Positions 59,864 through 64,000 of a DNA stretch of 64,000 bases are shown here, one piece after another. Position 1 is the stretch's first letter; each line of letters starts with the position of its first letter. Location: the NCBI GenBank assembly GCA_010093605.1, contig MU004189.1, forward strand, positions 1,123,834 through 1,187,833, given 5' to 3'. Origin of the DNA: Lophium mytilinum. Its lineage: Eukaryota. The notes beneath the pieces are model-generated. The model saw only the letters and a list, made by a program, of their open reading frames with translations, made no database searches and was not told the DNA's origin. Both the position numbers and the translations under genes were made by a program.

Positions 59864-61435
59864 CTAGAGACGCTCCCTGAATATAAACGGGAATATATTC
59901 TTCCGATCATCCCGTTTGCGCGGCACCATCGTGAGCGATATGCTCCGGATCAAGTCCTTGAGCACTTCCTGGAAATTATCATAATTCGCACAGATGGTGA
60001 ATTGGCACGGGGTGTCCCTCAACCCCGATTTCTCCACCACCACCCAGTCGTCGGAACACAGCTCCTTGTCATTTCGTATCTCTTCGCTTAGCGACGAGTA
60101 GCGCAAATTTGCGCCGACGTGGTATTCGCCAGTAGGACCATACTTCCTATACTTCAAGTCGCTACCCATATCCGTGTCAAAGAAGTCTGGGCATCCGAAG
60201 AATCTTACTCGGTGGTAGCGCCATACACTGGCCCTTTCCTCCCCGGCGACCTGGAGGAGCTCAATGCAGGAGAGGCGCTGGAGTTTGAAAGGCCCGATGC
60301 AGATCGACTTCAGGACGTTCTCCCAGCTTGAGTTCGATGCAAGAATGACCTGGCACAGCTCTACGTCCCTGAGAGTGCTCGCGTGGGTTTGAAGGAGTTG
60401 TATCAAATCCGTCTCGAAAGCGAAAGTGTTCGTTAACTAGAGCACAGAAAGATTCCGGAAGTGAAGATGTGGGGAGGACAGCTGATGAATGAAAAATCGG
60501 CCTGGAATCGAGAAGTCGAGCCGTAGATTCAAAGTTTGGAGAGTCCCACAAGCAGCCTCTAATGGTTTGACGTGATTTTGGAGGCGGTAGTTACCTAGAT
60601 GGTGGAAGCTCAAACCGAGGCTCAGGGTCTTCAAGTGTGAGAGAGCATTGCGGCCGGTTTCGGGGCCGGCTAAGAAATCGAGTGCTCCGGTTTCGTATCT
60701 GCCGAAGGAATGGAATGCTAGGGTTGGGACAGCGCGACCGGAGGATGAGTAACGTTCGCAAAGGGAAAGGTGCTCAAGAGGTGCGCCGCTCCTGTATTGC
60801 TGAAGCAAGATTCTTCGGATAACAAACATCAGAGCAGGATAATCTGATCCCCACTCGTAGTGAGGAAATGCGCGGTTGGGGCTCATCTTGTTGCAAGCAT
60901 AGTGTTTTCCAAAGTCTACCTTGACGGTACGGCAGTTTCCGAGACGAGAGACAGCATCGCCGAATGGGCTTCCGTTGTGGACCATTTTTTTCGCGAATCG
61001 TTCTTCTTCGTCGTTTCGGTCCTTGGGCTCGTAATCGAATTTATTCGCCAGGAGATCCTCGGCGAGCTCCTTGTCGTAATGATACAACTTGAAGTTGATT
61101 TCTCGCATTGCTGGACCGAAAATCGGATGCTTGGAGATGTCAATGAAGCGGCGAAGTGAGTCTTTCTTGGCCCGAATGCATCCGTGCTTGCCGTTGAAGA
61201 TGAACTTCCCAACATCTCGAAGTGTCTTCTGATCGAGGTCGCGGCAGACAAGCCTTAAGCTGCATAGGTCCTTCCTTCCAAGTTCGTATTGGGATTGGGG
61301 CTTCTTCTGTTTCTTCTCTTCGCTATCTCCCTCGAACAGCTTCTCCACGACGATGCCGATTATCTCGGTAGACAGGCTCGGCAGGGTGAGGCGCTCCTTG
61401 ACGACCGGATCCATGGTAGTGTTTTGTTGAGACAT
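59864..61435 (-). pseudogene. F-box-like + LRR-like gene (family B) interrupted by one in-frame TAG at 60439-60437
   Basis: The 332-aa and 180-aa ORFs are in the same frame: LSVL*LTNTFAFETDLIQLL aligns with LSVLKLTNFWARDIDLINLL of the 31430 paralog. Confidence 0.85.
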
Positions 61436-61832
61436 CGTGAGCTAGAGTGGGTCGGAACTGGTAAAAGGTGTTGTTGAGCTATTTTTGGGGTGTGATGGTG
61501 GTTGCAAGATGGAACTGTGGTGGCGGAAAGTGAGTGGAGTGTGGAATGGATTACGGATCTCGAGAGCTGGAAGGGTTTAAATACAGGGCACTTCGTTCCG
61601 CGCATTCAGGCCTCGATTCACTCCGATGAATCCTGTGATTCACACCAAGAGCGGGTCTGCAGGTGTATAAGTATCAAGATGGGCGCAAGATTGATTGTGA
61701 ACAACCACCAGCTCTTTTCAAGACCCACATCCCAACCACAACCTTAGAATCTTCTATCTGAACAAGAAGTCCATTTCCAATTTCCTATCACCAACAACCC
61801 TTCGAAGCTCCTACCGATCCGCGCGAACCCCA

Positions 61833-62918
61833 ATGCCTGCTCCAGCTTCGGCCGCATCGCGGGTCCTCCATACGACAGAATTGTTCGAGCTCATCGCCTC
61901 GAATCTCGACGTCTCGGACCTGATTCGCTGCAGCAAAGTCAGCAAGCAATGGAATGGCATCGTCAAGACATCCCCGACTCTAAAGCACATCATGTGGAAG
62001 GACCAGCTCGAGCGTTTGAAGTCGGCCCATGGAGCCGAAGGTCGACAGGTGAATCCGGTCCTTGGACACTTCTTCTCCAAATGTAGATTCATGAACCATG
62101 CAATGTATCTCAAGTGGAATCTCCTTCAGATCCACTGGTTCTATGATCCCAACACAGGATCGATGCCGCTCTATACTGGTGAGATTGGAAATTCCATTCT
62201 CTCCGGTGGTTTCGAATACAAGAATGCGTCTTGCAGGGATATGTTCTTGAATATCGATACCAGGAGCGATCTTTACATCTCGGTCCAGAGGCCAGGTGAA
62301 CAGACAGTATGGGCCACTGCTACCATCTGGAATGCCAACGGGATCCGAGTTGGCGATTTCCTCGACGCAATGTGCAATCTCGGGAAGGTTGAGCAGCAGC
62401 TGAAGCGGATCGATCTGAATCAGACCATAGAGGGTTGGCTCCAGCTTGCCTGGGTGCTCGTTCACCTTTTCGCGGTACTGTGGACGCCGTCAGGACAGAT
62501 GTGGCGGGAGTGGGTGTGGCTTCAAATGCGCCCCGCTCGCTACCCAAACACTCCCTGCGAGTCAACTCTGGAGTGTCTACACGACTTGATCTCGACTTTC
62601 CCAACCTTTTTGATATTATACCTCTATCCGAAAGGGTTATTATCTAGCGTAAGCGCACACTACAAGACACTCTCGGGACAGAACTGGGCAGGGATCTACG
62701 AGCCGATTTCCACAGTCATCAACTTTTGGAGTGTGCACTTGCATCTAGAAGGTCTGTTGGATAAGGTAGTAGCTTACCGAGAGTTCCTTTGGAGCTTGGG
62801 CTCCGTTTTGAGCATTTGTCTCTTCGGCATCCATTTGGTTGAGCGTTGGAGACGGTGGAAAATAAATAGACTGTCCGTGGGCCGCGTAAAAATAGTGACC
62901 ACTCGGTTGAAGGGATAA
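61833..62918 (+). CDS. F-box protein with hydrophobic, putative transmembrane C-terminal half (361 aa)
   Basis: RVLHTTELFELIASNLDVSDLIRCSKVSKQWNGIVKTSPTL is a typical fungal F-box; hydrophobic segments WLQLAWVLVHLFAVLW and LWSLGSVLSICLFGIHLV. Confidence 0.83.
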   Translation: MPAPASAASRVLHTTELFELIASNLDVSDLIRCSKVSKQWNGIVKTSPTLKHIMWKDQLERLKSAHGAEGRQVNPVLGHFFSKCRFMNHAMYLKWNLLQIHWFYDPNTGSMPLYTGEIGNSILSGGFEYKNASCRDMFLNIDTRSDLYISVQRPGEQTVWATATIWNANGIRVGDFLDAMCNLGKVEQQLKRIDLNQTIEGWLQLAWVLVHLFAVLWTPSGQMWREWVWLQMRPARYPNTPCESTLECLHDLISTFPTFLILYLYPKGLLSSVSAHYKTLSGQNWAGIYEPISTVINFWSVHLHLEGLLDKVVAYREFLWSLGSVLSICLFGIHLVERWRRWKINRLSVGRVKIVTTRLKG

Positions 62919-63586
62919 TCCTAGTCTTCCCTTAGAAGTTATAGGCGTCTCGGTTCATTCTTCGAGTACTGCGGGTCGACTCGGCACAATTTAGTTCGTA
63001 GCAATTCCCAGAATCTTGAAAGTCATGAGTACCTAAGATTTTGACACTACTTTCCAATCAAGGCATCAGCTTTTTGTAATCCTCGAGACGAGAGAATATT
63101 TGAAATGTGCTTGAAAGTGGAGAGACAAGATTTGTTTGAAATTCGACTGAAATGGATGTTCTAAGCGATTTATTCGTTTCTGGACTCTTCGTTCTTCGTA
63201 AGTTGCACAGACAAGTGTTAGATAGCAAACGGATCCTTCTATATTAGAAGGGTCATCTTAGGAGAAAGAAAGGATCGATCCTGAGATTATTATTCTCACT
63301 TTTTATACACTTATGGCGGGAACATACACCTATACTAGTGAATTTATCTATTCCAAAACTCACAAACCAGGGCCAATTTGCATATACTACTACGTCGCGA
63401 TCAACAGCCTCTACGATATGGTACAGTCTTACATCGATCTCACAGCGACCGACTTCTGGGTTTGAAACGTTTGTGGGACCATTTAGGCTACCATGAATTC
63501 TACAAGCAGTGAACGTAGCCACTCCTGCCAGTATATGTCGCCCACCGAGAGGACCCTGCATATGCTTCTGCCTGGGAGATTCCCTA

Positions 63587-63778
63587 TAAGTCAAGTGGGA
63601 GTGAATGTTAACGTTTTTGGAGATCATTGTTAATACACTTTAGCCACAATCACTTTTTGTCCCGACAACTACTACGGGCTTAAGTCAAGCGAGTGTGAAT
63701 GTCAACGCTCAGAGGTCATTGTAGATACACTTTAGCCACATTCACTTTCTCTTCTGACAACTAACTGATACTTAAGTC
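63587..63778. repeat. Diverged tandem duplication, 2 x ~93 bp
   Basis: Units start TAAGTCAAG at 63587 and 63681 and share GTGAATGT.AACG, TCATTGT, ATACACTTTAGCCACA.TCACTTT and GACAACTA; a third TAAGTC starts at 63773. Confidence 0.88.
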
Positions 63779-64000
63779 TCACGCACGAGACGTAGTTTCT
63801 CTTTCGTCACCATCCGTTCCACGCTTTCAATCACCATGGATATCCCAACTAAGGACCTTGAGATTGCAACTGAGGCTGGTGGGCCCTCTCACTCTCCAAA
63901 GAATGGATCGTCCACCCCTACCAGAATGCCGCCTGAGACCAGCGACCAAGGTCTATTTCCGTACAATTGCACAGCGAAATGCTTGGGCGTGGATGATATC

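Overview
Eukaryotic, intron-containing DNA from a filamentous ascomycete with active RIP (repeat-induced point mutation); taxon beyond Pezizomycotina cannot be fixed from sequence alone. Two complete but RIP-inactivated transposons are present: a 2.1-kb Fot1/pogo-type DNA transposon (137-2264; perfect 42-bp TIRs, TA TSD) and a 9.8-kb Ty3/Gypsy LTR retrotransposon (39932-49721; 205-bp LTRs, ACCC TSD). The genic part looks like a fast-evolving accessory island. It holds a tandem pair of HET-domain (TOL-like) genes, a RING-ankyrin gene, SUB1/PC4, and ten F-box or F-box-like genes (eight consecutive at 15.2-32.9 kb, a divergent pair at 59.9-62.9 kb). Several F-box copies carry specific alterations: an in-frame F-box deletion, a GTG in place of an ATG start, a single premature TAG, charged insertions inside the F-box, and a membrane-type C-terminus. 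Also present are a CorA-like pseudogene and several hypothetical genes. The best candidate for an undescribed system is the HET + F-box/LRR + RING island as a putative ubiquitin-based non-self/defence locus; that function is inference. All domain calls are from motif recognition by eye, not database searches.
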